Shown piece after piece: positions 10,364 through 22,300 of a DNA stretch of 51,845 nt. The notes under the pieces are model-generated. The model was given only the letters and a program-made list of their open reading frames with translations. It made no database searches and was not told the origin of the DNA. The number at the start of each line of letters is the position of its first letter. Position 1 is the first letter of the stretch. The DNA comes from Promethearchaeota archaeon (GTDB lineage Archaea > Asgardarchaeota > Lokiarchaeia > Sigyniarchaeales > SOKP01). A program made the translations under genes and the position numbers. The stretch spans positions 1 through 51,845 of the forward strand of contig JBHLLU010000030.1 of the NCBI GenBank assembly GCA_048938895.1. Reading direction: 5' to 3'.

Positions 10364-10791
10364 GGGATTACATCTCTTTTTTCAATTTCAAATAATCATT
10401 AACAATAAAGAACTATCATCTAATGAAGATAAAATTACAAAATTTTGTCGGTGGTGTGATCTGAAATAAGAGCTTTATTAATTCTTTATTGTCGTAAATA
10501 TTTTACCTCTTTTGATATAAAAATTTATTTGTTTCTCCAATTTAAAGTTATTTTATTAATGGTTTATGTGCAATTTCTTACCTTGTTTACATAGACTTGA
10601 TTAAGATTCATAATTTTTTGGAGTCTAATTGATTTCTAATTTATTATCTTGGTGTTTGTTACTAATACAAAATTATGTCGAAGAGATTATAGTTCCTCCG
10701 CAATTCTTAATTAATGAAATATATTAAAACTAGTGTTGTTTTTATTTAAACAAAAAAATTTATCAAATTCCTTTCTTAAGTTGAATTTATA

Positions 10792-11121
10792 ATGTCAAAA
10801 AATATTATGAGAAGAAATAGTGTTCAACCAATAAAAACTTTCGAAGGAGTGTTTCGAAAAACACTAATATATAACAACAATCTTATGTTATGTCATTTTA
10901 CACTCGAAAAAAATGCCAATATCCCCATACATTCTCATAAAGAACACCAAACAGGGTATGTATTAAAGGGAAAACTAAAATTTCTTACTGAAGAAGGAGA
11001 TTTTATAGCAAAAGAAGGTGACAGTTATATATTTGATTCAAATGAAAAACATGGGGCTGTTATTTTGGAAGATTCTGAAGTGATTGATGTGTTCAATCCT
11101 GCTAGGGAAGACTATAAATAA
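10792..11121 (+). CDS. Cupin domain protein
   Basis: PIHSHKEHQ...H metal motif; C-terminal DVFNPAREDY. Confidence 0.9.
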   Translation: MSKNIMRRNSVQPIKTFEGVFRKTLIYNNNLMLCHFTLEKNANIPIHSHKEHQTGYVLKGKLKFLTEEGDFIAKEGDSYIFDSNEKHGAVILEDSEVIDVFNPAREDYK

Positions 11122-11175
11122 TAAAATTATATATATTCAATTGATATATTATAACATTTCAAAAGAAGCAGAAGT

Positions 11176-11529
11176 TTACCACTGATATGCGGCTACAGCA
11201 AAAATAGAAAACATAGCCAACAAAAACTCTCCTACTAACCAATCAACAAGGATTTGCCTTTTTTTAGTTCTGTCATTTTTAATTTTTGATGCTAAACCAA
11301 AACTTACAGCTGAATTTGTACCAGTAAAGATTATAAGACTGAAGGTCATAGCGTTTAAATTTAAATCAACAATATTGAGAACTGTATCAAGTACAACCCA
11401 ACCTCCCATAAAAAGACATAAAGCAAATAAGAATACCCAACCAGAAAATTGAATAATTTTTTCAAATTTAACATCTAATTCTAAAAGACCTTTCTGAGGA
11501 TCAACCTTTTTTTCCCTAACTTTCGACAT
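11176..11529 (-). CDS. Hypothetical membrane protein (about 3 TM)
   Basis: 117-aa ORF with three hydrophobic segments. Confidence 0.7.
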   Translation of the reverse strand: MSKVREKKVDPQKGLLELDVKFEKIIQFSGWVFLFALCLFMGGWVVLDTVLNIVDLNLNAMTFSLIIFTGTNSAVSFGLASKIKNDRTKKRQILVDWLVGEFLLAMFSIFAVAAYQW

Positions 11530-11616
11530 TTCTTATCAAATATGCTTCTTTTTGAATATTAAAATTTTATAATTCTTAATCTTTATTATTTCTTGTTTTT
11601 AAAAAAAGAACATCTC

Positions 11617-12105
11617 TTAAGGTCTATTTTTTAGAAATAGAATTGCCTTTGCAATATCCCCATCACATTCTTTTAACACAATTTCTGCCTCTTTTGGATC
11701 CACATTTGCCTGAGCAGCTACCAGCATAATATCATTTTCTGTAATGGTTGGTTTAAAATCTATCTCTTCTACGATTGGTTCATCCTCAATTTTAGTATCT
11801 GAAACAACCGTAAGATCATCAGAGGATACTTCTTCTGCTTGTCCTATAATTTGATATATCTCTTGTCCTGCTTGTTTCATTAGAACCACCTCAGGTTGTT
11901 CTAATATTAATGTTTTTTCTGTTCCTTCGATTATAACTCTTGTCGCATCAATTTGATCCATCTCTATACCTTGTTGCTGCATTTTTCTTCGCATTTGTCT
12001 AGTTCCAAATTGAGCTCCTTCTCTTTTAACCGCTGGTTGCGGGCGTTTAGGCTTATTTTTTATCTTATCTTGCATTTCTTTTGGTAGTTTTACCAAAATC
12101 TTCAC
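11617..12105 (-). CDS. nac: Nascent polypeptide-associated complex protein (true start may be the internal ATG, MQDKIK)
   Basis: RQMRRKMQQQGI NAC domain; C-terminal UBA-like DIMLVAAQAN...GDIAKAIL. Confidence 0.92.
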   Translation of the reverse strand: MKILVKLPKEMQDKIKNKPKRPQPAVKREGAQFGTRQMRRKMQQQGIEMDQIDATRVIIEGTEKTLILEQPEVVLMKQAGQEIYQIIGQAEEVSSDDLTVVSDTKIEDEPIVEEIDFKPTITENDIMLVAAQANVDPKEAEIVLKECDGDIAKAILFLKNRP

Positions 12106-12147
12106 TTTAAAAAGTAATTTTTATGTAATAATATAATAACTTACAAA

Positions 12148-12639
12148 TTAAATTTTTGATTTATATACTCCTTTTCGAACATTAACAGCAATCCCACTGG
12201 AAAAAGATTTTACGTAGCTTACGGGTAACATTAGTCTTCCAACTGCAAGTAATTTATCATTTTGATCAACAACTATAACTTCATCTAATGGTCTTAAGTT
12301 CTGATCAACATCAACAACATGTTTACAAAACACATTTCTACCTTTCTTAATAAACTCTGAGATTTCAGTTAAAACTATCACTCTCAACTTTGGGATTGTA
12401 CAATTCTTAATTATACGGTTAGCAGAGTAAAGGCTCAATGTAAAAAAACCATTAGTAGGTCTTAATGTAAGCATTAAACTATCATTGTGATAGATATATC
12501 TTATCTTATTCGTGGTACGAGATCGTTCAAGATGTATATTTTGGAGATCATCAAATAAGATATCAGTAACATCTTTCCCAAATTGGTAATCTGAAATTGC
12601 TGTTACTTGTCTTAAACCTAATAAAAACTTTTGATCCAT
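12148..12639 (-). CDS. PUA-domain RNA-binding protein (archaeosine TGT C-terminal-like)
   Basis: DYQFG, GRNVFCKHV, DEVIVVD...LLAVG, AVNVRKG. Confidence 0.85.
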   Translation of the reverse strand: MDQKFLLGLRQVTAISDYQFGKDVTDILFDDLQNIHLERSRTTNKIRYIYHNDSLMLTLRPTNGFFTLSLYSANRIIKNCTIPKLRVIVLTEISEFIKKGRNVFCKHVVDVDQNLRPLDEVIVVDQNDKLLAVGRLMLPVSYVKSFSSGIAVNVRKGVYKSKI

Positions 12640-12716
12640 TTCTAGTAAATATTAGAAATATTAGTTATATTGAAAAAAAAGCAAATAAGAAATAAATAAT
12701 TTATAATGAATACTTT

Positions 12717-13925
12717 CTATGAGTATAACCTAGATTCAATACATTTATCTCGAACTTTATTCATAACTTTATCAACAGCATCAATAAAATCTTTGCTGCT
12801 AATTATCTCAGCATCTTTTCGAATTGCAAACATACCTGCTTCTGTAGAGATCGCTTTTATATCTGCTCCAGTTGCCCCTTCTGTTAATTGTACCAACCTA
12901 TTGAAGTCTACTTTTTCTTCTATATTCAATCTTCGTGTGTGAATCCTAAAAATAGCCTTCCTTGCTTCATCATCAGGAATAGGAAATTCTATCATACGAT
13001 CGAATCTACCAGGTCTCAGCAAAGCGGGATCTAAAATATCAACCCTATTTGTAGCCCCGATTATTTTCACATCACCTCGTTGTTCAAAACCGTCTAATTC
13101 ACTAAGTAGTTGCATTAAAGTTCTCTGAACTTCTCGATCTCCAGACGTTGCTATTTTTAATCTTTGAGAACCAATTGCATCTAATTCATCAATAAATAAT
13201 ATGGTAGGAGCTTTTTCTTTTGCCAAATTAAAAATTTCTCGAACTAAGCGAGCACCTTCACCAATAAATTTTTGAACTAGTTCAGATCCAATAATTCTAA
13301 TAAATGTTGCTTCTGTTTCGTGAGCGACTGCTTTTGCTAATAATGTCTTACCTGTTCCTGGGGATCCATATAATAAAACACCTTTAGGTGGTTCGATTCC
13401 TATTCTTTCAAATAGGTGAGGTTTCTTTAATGGTAATTCAACAGTTTCTCTAACTTCTTGTAGTTGTTCCTCTAATCCTCCAACATCTGCATAAGAAATG
13501 TCTGGAATTGAATCAATTACTTCCATCCCCTTTACAAAAGGGTCTAATTTTGTTGGTAAAACTTCCATTATGGCGAATGTTCTCTGGTTTAAGGCAACTC
13601 TCATGCCTGGTACTAATTTTTCATTTTTCACTTTTCTACTTGCATTCACCACAAAACTTGGTCCTGTAGAACTTTTTACAATAGCCCTTCCTTTATCATC
13701 AATGAAATCTATAATTGTTGCAGAAACTAATGGTGGTTCTCTTAGTCTATCAATTTCATTTCTTAAACTATGAAGTTCTTGTTCTAATCTTAATCTCTCT
13801 GCATCTAATAATTGCTTTTCTGTTTCTAAATTTCTTAATCTTTTCTCAAGATGTCTAGTATAAGTTATCAAATACTCGCCATCTTTAGTTTCTTCTCTCT
13901 TCCTCTTATCCTTAGTTGTCGTCAA
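12717..13925 (-). CDS. pan: Proteasome-activating nucleotidase
   Basis: N-terminal coiled coil and OB domain; [31 protein letters not shown]; HbYX-type C-terminus LYS. Confidence 0.97.
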   Translation of the reverse strand: MTTTKDKRKREETKDGEYLITYTRHLEKRLRNLETEKQLLDAERLRLEQELHSLRNEIDRLREPPLVSATIIDFIDDKGRAIVKSSTGPSFVVNASRKVKNEKLVPGMRVALNQRTFAIMEVLPTKLDPFVKGMEVIDSIPDISYADVGGLEEQLQEVRETVELPLKKPHLFERIGIEPPKGVLLYGSPGTGKTLLAKAVAHETEATFIRIIGSELVQKFIGEGARLVREIFNLAKEKAPTILFIDELDAIGSQRLKIATSGDREVQRTLMQLLSELDGFEQRGDVKIIGATNRVDILDPALLRPGRFDRMIEFPIPDDEARKAIFRIHTRRLNIEEKVDFNRLVQLTEGATGADIKAISTEAGMFAIRKDAEIISSKDFIDAVDKVMNKVRDKCIESRLYS

Positions 13926-14169
13926 GAAAATTATACTCCATCTTATGTCTGTTTTCTATTCTTCCTATGAAAGTGCTTTAATTTAATAATAAACTTCTAT
14001 TCATTTAAATTTAAGGTTATCACTTTACTATTTCTTTAAAATCTCGTTTTTTAAAAAATTTATAGATTATAAAATATAATGGGTTAAAAATCGTAAATTA
14101 TAAGAGCTCTCGAATACCTTCTATATATGAAAGAAGATTCTATAAATTTCTAACACTCGTGTTGATTAA

Positions 14170-14718
14170 ATGCCAAAATCCCGCTATAATGATTTAGATA
14201 AAGAATGCCCAATATGTGGAGGTATCATTTGGGGAAGGGGTCAAAGGGTTTTAATAGAGGGTGCCAAAATTGTTGTATGTGATAATTGCGCTCAACATGG
14301 GAAAAAAATCTACCGACCCCCTTCTAATATTCATTCCAAAAATACAAGCCATGTTAAACCTCAAACAATCTCAAAGAAGCAAAGAGTAAAATCAAAAGAC
14401 GTTGAAGAGTTAGAAATTGTTGCAGATTATGCTAAGAAGATTAGAAATGCTAGAACCAATCTAAACTTAAATCAAGATCAGTTTGCTCAAAAATTAAACG
14501 AAAAACCATCATTGCTAAGGAGAATAGAAGCTGGAAAAGTTGAACCTACAGTTAAACTTGCTAAGAAAATATATAAAATCTATAATATTCAGTTAATAAA
14601 GAAACCAAATGATCCTGAGATTAATATTCAGGAAACTAAGTTTATGAAACGATCAGGGGGCAGTTCATTAGGAGACATTGCATTCATTAAAAAAAGAAGT
14701 AAAGATTCAGATTCTTAA
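14170..14718 (+). CDS. mbf1: Archaeal multiprotein bridging factor 1 (Zn ribbon + HTH)
   Basis: CPICG...IEGA..VCDNC; HTH with IRNAR...LNEKPSLLRRIEAG; SLGD; divergent from pan. Confidence 0.9.
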   Translation: MPKSRYNDLDKECPICGGIIWGRGQRVLIEGAKIVVCDNCAQHGKKIYRPPSNIHSKNTSHVKPQTISKKQRVKSKDVEELEIVADYAKKIRNARTNLNLNQDQFAQKLNEKPSLLRRIEAGKVEPTVKLAKKIYKIYNIQLIKKPNDPEINIQETKFMKRSGGSSLGDIAFIKKRSKDSDS

Positions 14719-14779
14719 CCAACATTTTCTCATTATTGATACAAAAAATCGGAAATATTGAGCTTTTATATACCTTTTA

Positions 14780-16807
14780 TTATTTTCTTTTTTGAATTTG
14801 GATCTTTGTTGAATTATAGGCTCCTGAAAGCCCAGATTCTTCAGGTATATCGGGAGTAAAAAGGTTTACATTAGATTGTGTATTATAGGGTGATGATGCA
14901 CCAGAATAGATTAATGCAACCCCTGGTTTCAAAGATTCGAGCTCAGCAAGTATATAATCCGCAGACCCGTATTCATTATACACTTCCACTAAATCATTTC
15001 CTTGGAAATTAATTTTCTTTATGTCTTTTGGATTTAAAAATACTTTCCCAAAATCATCAAAATATACCGAATTCAATTGACCTAATTGAGAATGTAAAAA
15101 AGAAGTATGAGAAGGTGAAATAAGAATAAATTCATTTAATTTATGGGTTAACCTCCGTTTTAAGTCATCTTCACCAAAATTGAATTTAATATGTCGAACA
15201 TTGATTTTATTATTTCGAGTAGGAAAGTTAAGATCATTATATGGGATTTGAGATCGATCAAACAATAAATGATACCCTGTAGAAATCAGATCTTTATGAA
15301 TTCTCGCTGGTAACGTTTCTAATCCTTTAAAAAATAATTCTTCTTGTGTTTCTCTAAAAATAGGAGTCTCATTATAACCAACTTTCCATGCTAATTGTTG
15401 AAAAAATTCATAATTTGACATACAATCTATATAAGGACATGGACCGCCTACATTCAGAGATAAACTGGGAATATAGTATGGACTTACCAAATCACTTACC
15501 TCTAAATCAAATTTAGCGGGTATAACGATATCTGCGTAATTCGTAGTCTCATTCAAAAATAAATCTAAAACTACAACGAATAAATCTTTATCTAAGAGAG
15601 CTTCTCTTACTAAATTTTGATTAGGTAAAGAACTCACTGGATTGAAATTATAGATAAAAATGAGACTAAAATCCTCTTCTGATAATATTTTACCAAGACT
15701 TATCAGAGGGATTTCTCGTGAAGGAGGATATTTTTTAGATTGAGTAATATATTCCAAAAGTGGTGTTGTTATAGGTTTTACAAAATCACTCTGAGAATAA
15801 ATTATCCCAGATCCAGGTTTGGCAATATTACCAAGTAATATTTGAATAAATGCAATAGTTTGAAGGATTCTTCCTCCATAAAAATCTTTCTGTACCCCAA
15901 ACCCAATCAAGAATAATGTATGATGCTTGTTTTCAACTAATAAGTCAACAAAATTTTTAAGATCCTGAGGTTCGATTCCTATTTTAACCAATAATTCATT
16001 ATCATCAAACTTTTCAATTTTTGAAAAAATTGAGGTGTATGAACCCACATTTTTTTTTAGAAAATCAGTATCATATACATCTAATTTAATGAGGTGTTTT
16101 ATGATGATCTTAACTAATATATGTTCTGTGCCTGGATAAGGTTGCAGAAAACAATTGGATTTCTTGGCAATATTAGTATTCCGTGAATCAATTACTACCA
16201 ACTTAGTATTATTTCTTATTGCTTGTTTAACTAAATAATAAGCATGATTATTGCTTTCTGAAAGGTTACTTCCCCAAACCACAATTAAATGAGTTTCTGA
16301 GTTAGTTATTTGTAATGGATTGGTAATTGAATATGTTCCAAATATCTTTGATAATCCTTCACATCCACCTTCATTACATAATCCGGCATTGGTAATTGTG
16401 GCTCCAATCTTATTAAAAAACCTTAATGGTGAATACATAGATATTAATCCGGAATTACCCGCATAGTACGCACCGATAATTGAACTCTGTTCTTGGTGTT
16501 CAATGAGATCCATAACTTTTTTGGTAATAATATCTAATGCTTGTTGAGAGGAAATGGTTTCGAATTTATTATTTGGCTTTGATGCAGTTCTAATTAAGGG
16601 TTTCTTTATACGACTTGGATGATATAATAATTTTTGCCTATTTTTATATTTGGGACAAAAGAAACCATTGGTAAAGGGATGATTTTTAAGAGGTTTGGTA
16701 TATAGTAACTTCTCCTCTAGAGCAGTATCGTCCCAAAAACCTTGAAATACACATGATCCATAACAATCTTTTGTACAAGTTCCAAACCTAATTATATTAT
16801 CCATCAA
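14780..16807 (-). CDS. Molybdopterin-dependent oxidoreductase (DMSO reductase family)
   Basis: N-terminal CTKDCYGSC...HPFTNGFFCPK Fe-S motif; VWGSN; ETTNYADIVIP; C-terminal dinucleotide-binding domain. Confidence 0.88.
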   Translation of the reverse strand: MMDNIIRFGTCTKDCYGSCVFQGFWDDTALEEKLLYTKPLKNHPFTNGFFCPKYKNRQKLLYHPSRIKKPLIRTASKPNNKFETISSQQALDIITKKVMDLIEHQEQSSIIGAYYAGNSGLISMYSPLRFFNKIGATITNAGLCNEGGCEGLSKIFGTYSITNPLQITNSETHLIVVWGSNLSESNNHAYYLVKQAIRNNTKLVVIDSRNTNIAKKSNCFLQPYPGTEHILVKIIIKHLIKLDVYDTDFLKKNVGSYTSIFSKIEKFDDNELLVKIGIEPQDLKNFVDLLVENKHHTLFLIGFGVQKDFYGGRILQTIAFIQILLGNIAKPGSGIIYSQSDFVKPITTPLLEYITQSKKYPPSREIPLISLGKILSEEDFSLIFIYNFNPVSSLPNQNLVREALLDKDLFVVVLDLFLNETTNYADIVIPAKFDLEVSDLVSPYYIPSLSLNVGGPCPYIDCMSNYEFFQQLAWKVGYNETPIFRETQEELFFKGLETLPARIHKDLISTGYHLLFDRSQIPYNDLNFPTRNNKINVRHIKFNFGEDDLKRRLTHKLNEFILISPSHTSFLHSQLGQLNSVYFDDFGKVFLNPKDIKKINFQGNDLVEVYNEYGSADYILAELESLKPGVALIYSGASSPYNTQSNVNLFTPDIPEESGLSGAYNSTKIQIQKRK

Positions 16808-16878
16808 AAGAACCCAATTTATAATAAATTTAAAACTATTGTCAATAATACTGAATTTTTATTGATTTGCTCAAAGAC

Positions 16879-17454
16879 TCAATCAATTGAAATCTTAAAA
16901 TCTTGATTTAATGCGATTTTTTCTCTTAAAAAATCAATAATTTTTTGATTATCCTGAGCTTCTAAAGGATTACCACAATCAGGACATCTAAAGTTAAGTT
17001 CAAAAGCTTCATCAAAATTATACTTAACATTGATATTTTGACAGGTTTTACAAATGAAAAAATAATTGTTTTCCTCAAAACTTAATCTCTCTCTAAGTTT
17101 ATTTTCTACTAATTTTTTCTTTTCAATAAGGATCTCTTCAAGTAAATCGAATTCATGCCACCAGTAATAAATAAACCATCCTGTAGATTTGTCTCGTATT
17201 CGTCTAAATTGAGCTAATTTTTCTGAATATAATTTATAAAGCGTTTTACGTACGGAATTTAGCTTTAAAACCTCGGTATCATCAGGTTCGAAGTCAATTT
17301 CTGTATCCTTAATCTGACGTTTTATATTTTCGGTAATGTCCTCATCGGTTATATCTTGAGATTCAGAATTTAGAAGTTCCATTCCAACATATACTCCAAT
17401 ATCTCCGGCAATTATATAGAGGAATGATTTTAGAAAAGGATTTAATTCTGTAAT
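16879..17454 (-). CDS. tfe: Transcription factor E (TFIIE-alpha homologue); start extended to a probable ATT at 17454
   Basis: LNSVRKTLYKLY, RDKSTGWFIYYW, FDEAFELNFRCPDCG; frame stays open 24 codons upstream of ATG 17382 (ITELNPFLKSFLYIIAGDIGVYVG). Confidence 0.9.
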   Translation of the reverse strand: MTELNPFLKSFLYIIAGDIGVYVGMELLNSESQDITDEDITENIKRQIKDTEIDFEPDDTEVLKLNSVRKTLYKLYSEKLAQFRRIRDKSTGWFIYYWWHEFDLLEEILIEKKKLVENKLRERLSFEENNYFFICKTCQNINVKYNFDEAFELNFRCPDCGNPLEAQDNQKIIDFLREKIALNQDFKISID

Positions 17455-17552
17455 ACAGCTCTACCTTGTTTAAATTTAGTATTTAGTTGATAATTAATTA
17501 TTTATTATAAGAATTAAGTTTTTTTAAAAATTAAATACCCTTACCTCCAAAG

Positions 17553-18338
17553 TTAGACAACAATATTGTATTGCTTTTCGATAATTTCACCATCTATATC
17601 CACTGATCGAAATAATTTCGCTTTTCTTATGGCTAATATTCTTTTTAATCCCCAATTATCCACGTCATCAGGTAATTCGATATCATTAATCCTATAATTA
17701 TTTGAAATAATAATATTTTTCCATTTCTCTGGAAGCTCGGATTTAAAATCTGATAAGACAAGTTCTAAGGTCTTTTTTAAGTTTTGTTCAGTGTTGTTCA
17801 TAATACCTGTACAGAACTGAATCCTTTTATTTATATCATCTTCCTCAACCTTCTTTTTAGAAGGTTGTGGAATATTTTTCTTGGTAGAAACCTTACATGT
17901 AGGGCTTATATTGAAGGAAATTAAATAATAACTAGTTTTTCTAAAAGCTTCGATACTTTCAAGAAACGTACCTCTAGTTGTTTTACTTAGAACATTTGCT
18001 TTATAATTCTTCGTCTGTCCTGATGACTTTTTAATAGTCCAATTGAAACCTAGGTTAGTAATTAGATCGCTAATATCACTGCCAGAAATTAAAACTCCTT
18101 TAATTTCGAATTCATCTTGAGAAATTGTGTTCGCTACAGCCTCCAGAATTACATCTTCATATTCATGGCTACCTTTTAAAGTTATTCGAGTGTTGGTTTT
18201 AGTTATTTTTAGTGCGGGACCTATAAATTCTCCTTTGGAATACCTATAGAAATGACGATGAATATCTTGATGTTCTACAGCAGGATTCTTTAAAATTGGA
18301 GACTCCGTTATCTTTTTTAGAAAATGCATCTTAATCAT
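17553..18338 (-). CDS. Conserved hypothetical protein
   Basis: 261-aa ORF with HRHFYRYSKGEFIGP motif; function not recognised. Confidence 0.7.
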   Translation of the reverse strand: MIKMHFLKKITESPILKNPAVEHQDIHRHFYRYSKGEFIGPALKITKTNTRITLKGSHEYEDVILEAVANTISQDEFEIKGVLISGSDISDLITNLGFNWTIKKSSGQTKNYKANVLSKTTRGTFLESIEAFRKTSYYLISFNISPTCKVSTKKNIPQPSKKKVEEDDINKRIQFCTGIMNNTEQNLKKTLELVLSDFKSELPEKWKNIIISNNYRINDIELPDDVDNWGLKRILAIRKAKLFRSVDIDGEIIEKQYNIVV

Positions 18339-18484
18339 ACAAAAATCTTTGATTAATTATTAAATAGAATGTATTTAATAATTATCAAAAAATTATTATT
18401 TTAAATTTTACTCATCAATAAAATTAAAAAAAAATCCATCATAACTTACAAATACTAGTTATAAAAAAAATTGGTCTTCTGTAA

Positions 18485-18685
18485 ATGGCTCAAATTCCTT
18501 CGTTGTTATTATGGGTATTAGCATGGTTTTTTTTATTTATAGGGCTAACTGCATTGGCAATTTTAGTAATTTATACACGATACGGCAGAGAAAAATCAGT
18601 TCAATTATCAGTAATTAGCATAATTGTCGCATCGGTATTCCTAGGATTCTCTATTCACTTCTTCTTGTTGAATTGGGGAATTTAA
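18485..18685 (+). CDS. Small hypothetical membrane protein (2 TM)
   Basis: 66-aa ORF with two hydrophobic helices. Confidence 0.7.
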   Translation: MAQIPSLLLWVLAWFFLFIGLTALAILVIYTRYGREKSVQLSVISIIVASVFLGFSIHFFLLNWGI

Positions 18686-18823
18686 GGTATATGAATAGAA
18701 TTCTTAAATGAAGTAGTTTTATATTCATTTTGCTTATACTTTCAGAACTCAACCTTTAAAAAAGAAGAACTCATTTATTTTTATTACTGTATTTAAAAAA
18801 AAAATATTACTAAGGTCATAAAA

Positions 18824-19264
18824 ATGTTATTTCAAGATGCTGAACCCCTATTTTTTATCTTATGGTTAATACTAGCGACGGTTATTGTATTCTTAATAAT
18901 ATTTATAGTGGTACTTCTCTTAGAATCGAAAACAAAAGCTTCTGACAAAAAATTCTTGATAGCAATTCTTGCATTCATTATAGTTTTGCTGCTACCCGTT
19001 GTTTTAAACGCAATTAACACAGTATTAAGTGCTATTGGAGATGCTTTAGCTGAAATTAGGAATGTATTTGATGATGGAGGTGTTAACTACTTGACGAATC
19101 TAACACCGATTATTGGATTTCTTATTTTATTAGTTCTTGTAAAGTTTTTAATCGATCTACCATGGGATAAATCTGTGTGGGTTTCTTTATTGACTCTGTT
19201 TATTTTGTACGTACTTTATTGTTTAATACCTGAACTTTATACGTTTTTAGGTTTCGGATTTTAA
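18824..19264 (+). CDS. Hypothetical membrane protein (about 4 TM)
   Basis: 146-aa highly hydrophobic ORF followed by T-tracts. Confidence 0.75.
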   Translation: MLFQDAEPLFFILWLILATVIVFLIIFIVVLLLESKTKASDKKFLIAILAFIIVLLLPVVLNAINTVLSAIGDALAEIRNVFDDGGVNYLTNLTPIIGFLILLVLVKFLIDLPWDKSVWVSLLTLFILYVLYCLIPELYTFLGFGF

Positions 19265-19361
19265 ATTAATAGAGTAATTTAAAAACTTTTTTTTTTCATT
19301 TTTTTAAAAGAGATAAAAAAGAAAATCAATTAAAAAATTTGGAATAAACTAAGTAAATTTC

Positions 19362-22300
19362 TTATATTTTTTCTTTCAATTTAAGCCGAGGTGCTAACCC
19401 TAAACTCATCATTTCTTGTAGTAATAGTTTGAAAGCATATGAACAAACAACCTTTGATATTACTGTGCTCTCTCCACATACAGGACAATACCGCTTATCT
19501 CGATTTCGATCATATACAGCAAGTAGTCCACATTTTTCACATACTAAGATAACTGTTCTATCTGACTCATCTAATAATCTCTCCTTTAGTAGTAATGCTG
19601 ATCCATGTCCTACAAGACAATCTCGTTCCATTTCTCCAAAACGTAACCCTCCCTCTCTTGCTCTACCTTCTGTTGGTTGCCTTGTTAAAATTTGTACGGG
19701 ACCACGAGCTCTAGCATGGAGTTTGTCTGCGACTAGATGATACAATTTTTGGTAATAAATGGGTGCACAGTAGATACCTGCTTCATATTTTTCTCCTGTA
19801 AATCCATTATACATGACTTCTCTACCATTGAATTCAAAGCCAGAGTTCACTAATAACTCCTGAAGTTCAGTTATATCTGTCCATTCAAAAGCGGTAGCAT
19901 CACTTAATTTTCCATTAATACAGGCAATTTTACCACTTATTCCTTCAAATAATTGACCGAGAGTCATTCTAGAGGGCATAGCATGTGGATTCACAATGAT
20001 ATCAGGAATCACACCTGAAGAGGTAAAGGGCATATCAGATTGTTCCACCACTAATCCAAGAACACCCTTCTGACCATGTCTAGAAGAAAATTTATCACCT
20101 AACTCTGGGATTCTGAGATCCCTTACTTTTATTTTTACTAATTTATTACCATCTACTGTTTCAGAAATAATTACAGTATCAACTATTCCTTTTTCATTAT
20201 GTCTCATATTTTTTGAAGTTTCACGCCGATTGGGTTGCATCAATTCAAATTCTTCATAAGATTTAATGAATCTTGGAGGAGATGTTCTCCCAATAAGCAC
20301 ATCTCCACCATTTACTTGGGTTTCAGGTTCTATTATCCCGTCTTCTTCCGATAAAAGCCGATAAGATTCAGCTGATTTAAATCCTCTAACACCTCTTTCT
20401 GGGATCTCAAATTTATCAACTTCTCCTCCAGGATATTTCCTTTCTTCAGCATCATAAGTTCTAAAAAAATGACTGCGAGCAAGTCCTCTTTCTATAGATG
20501 CTTTATTAATAATTATTGCATCTTCAATGTTGAATCCTTCAAAACTCATCATTCCAATAATGAAATTTTGTCCCGCTGGTCGCTTGTTAATTCCGATTAT
20601 CTCCATAGGGCTTGTTTTTACAAGGGGTTGCTGAGGATAATGTAAGGTATGACCTCTAGTATCAAGCCTAAGATGCATATTTGCAGCCCATAGACCTAAA
20701 GCTTGTTTTACCATTCCCGCCTCATAAGTATTTCTTGGTGATTGATTATGCTCTGGAAAAGGAATAATTGAAGCACAGATACCGAGAATCGCTGCAGGAG
20801 AAATTTCTAAATGGGTATGCTCACTAGTTACATCCTCTTCAAACATTGCTATATACGCGTTTTCTTCTTCTTCAGCATCTAAATATTCAATTACACCTTT
20901 TTGAACAAGATCAGACCAGATGTATTTATTTTGTCGTAATTTCTCAATATCTTCCTTTATTATCAAAGGTTTTTTATTTTTTAATACAAAAAGGGGTCTT
21001 GTGGCTCTTCCCGCATCACAGTTAATTTGTATTTCTTTAGAATCATGATAATACCCTATGTTTACATGTTGCCCAATTTCTCCTTTTCTTCTTTTTTCTC
21101 TAAGTTGTCTAATAAAGGGGTTATATTGTTGATGAATCCCAACCAATTTTCCATTAAGAAATACTTTTACCTTATCCCCTCTCACATTTTTTACTTCATT
21201 TATGGGAATAACTCCTAAATCAAATAATATGTTTTCAATAATTCTCTCATCAGTACCAACAGATATTATCGAAGCTAATCCGAGGTTTTTAACCAACCCA
21301 CAATTGGGTCCTTCGGGAGTTTCTGCTGGACAAATTTTTCCCCATTGTGTTGGATGTAGATCTCTAGCCTCAAAATGAGGTTGACTACGACTTAAAGGGG
21401 ATATAACCCTCCTAAGATGACTTAATGTTCCAACATGATTTTGTCTATTTAATAATTGACTCACACCTGCTTTTCCTCCAACCCAATTTCCTGTTGCTAA
21501 AGCGTGTCTAATTCTTTCAGTAATAACATCTGCTCTAACTGCTGTCTTTATATTGGGTGCTCTTCCTCGAACCGCTGTTCTTTCTAGTTGATACTTAATA
21601 TCCTTAACGAGATTTAAAAATGCAACCCTAAATAAACCGGTAAATAACTCACCAGCTAATTTTAACCTCTTATTTGAATAATGGTCTTTATCATCTGGCT
21701 CTCTTAAACCTAGAGCAAGTTCCATTACTTTTTGAGCCATTTGCCCTAAGTAATACGCCTTTTTGATTCTATCTTCTTCAGCATTTCCAATATGCGGTAA
21801 TAAATATCTATCTAAAACCTGAAGAGCTCTTCTAATACGATAATCTTTAGTCTGCCCGATAGCAACTCTTTTTCCAATATAATCAAGAGCATTTTGTTGA
21901 GATTTCTCTGGATCTTTTAATACCTGAATTTCAGAAGCAACATCGATAACAGGGATTAATTCTTTTTGAATTTCATCATTTTCAGATATAGCTTCAAAAA
22001 TTTCTCTATCTGAATGTAGACCTAATGCTCTCATAAGGATCGCTAGGGGAATTTTTCCCGGAACTGAAGGAAATGATACTCTTAGGTTCCCATCCTTCTT
22101 CCTCTCGATTGTAACTGGAGCACGGAAACCACTTCTCGTGGAAAATACTTTTGCTTGATGAGTAGCACTAGAACTTCTACTTGCTTCCTCTGCAAGGATT
22201 CTATTGGGTGCTAAATCTTCTTGAGTTACCAAAACTCGTTCGGTACCATTTATTATAAAATAACCACCAGGATCTAATGGATCTTCACCCCTATTAATTA

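Noticed and set aside
10364-10791. Hidden gene or structured RNA upstream of nrdD
   Set aside because: Only short AT-rich frames without a credible start, and no convincing stem-loops by eye.
17265-17325. Acidic insertion in the TFE winged helix as an intron
   Set aside because: No stop codon, and no BHB or hairpin found.
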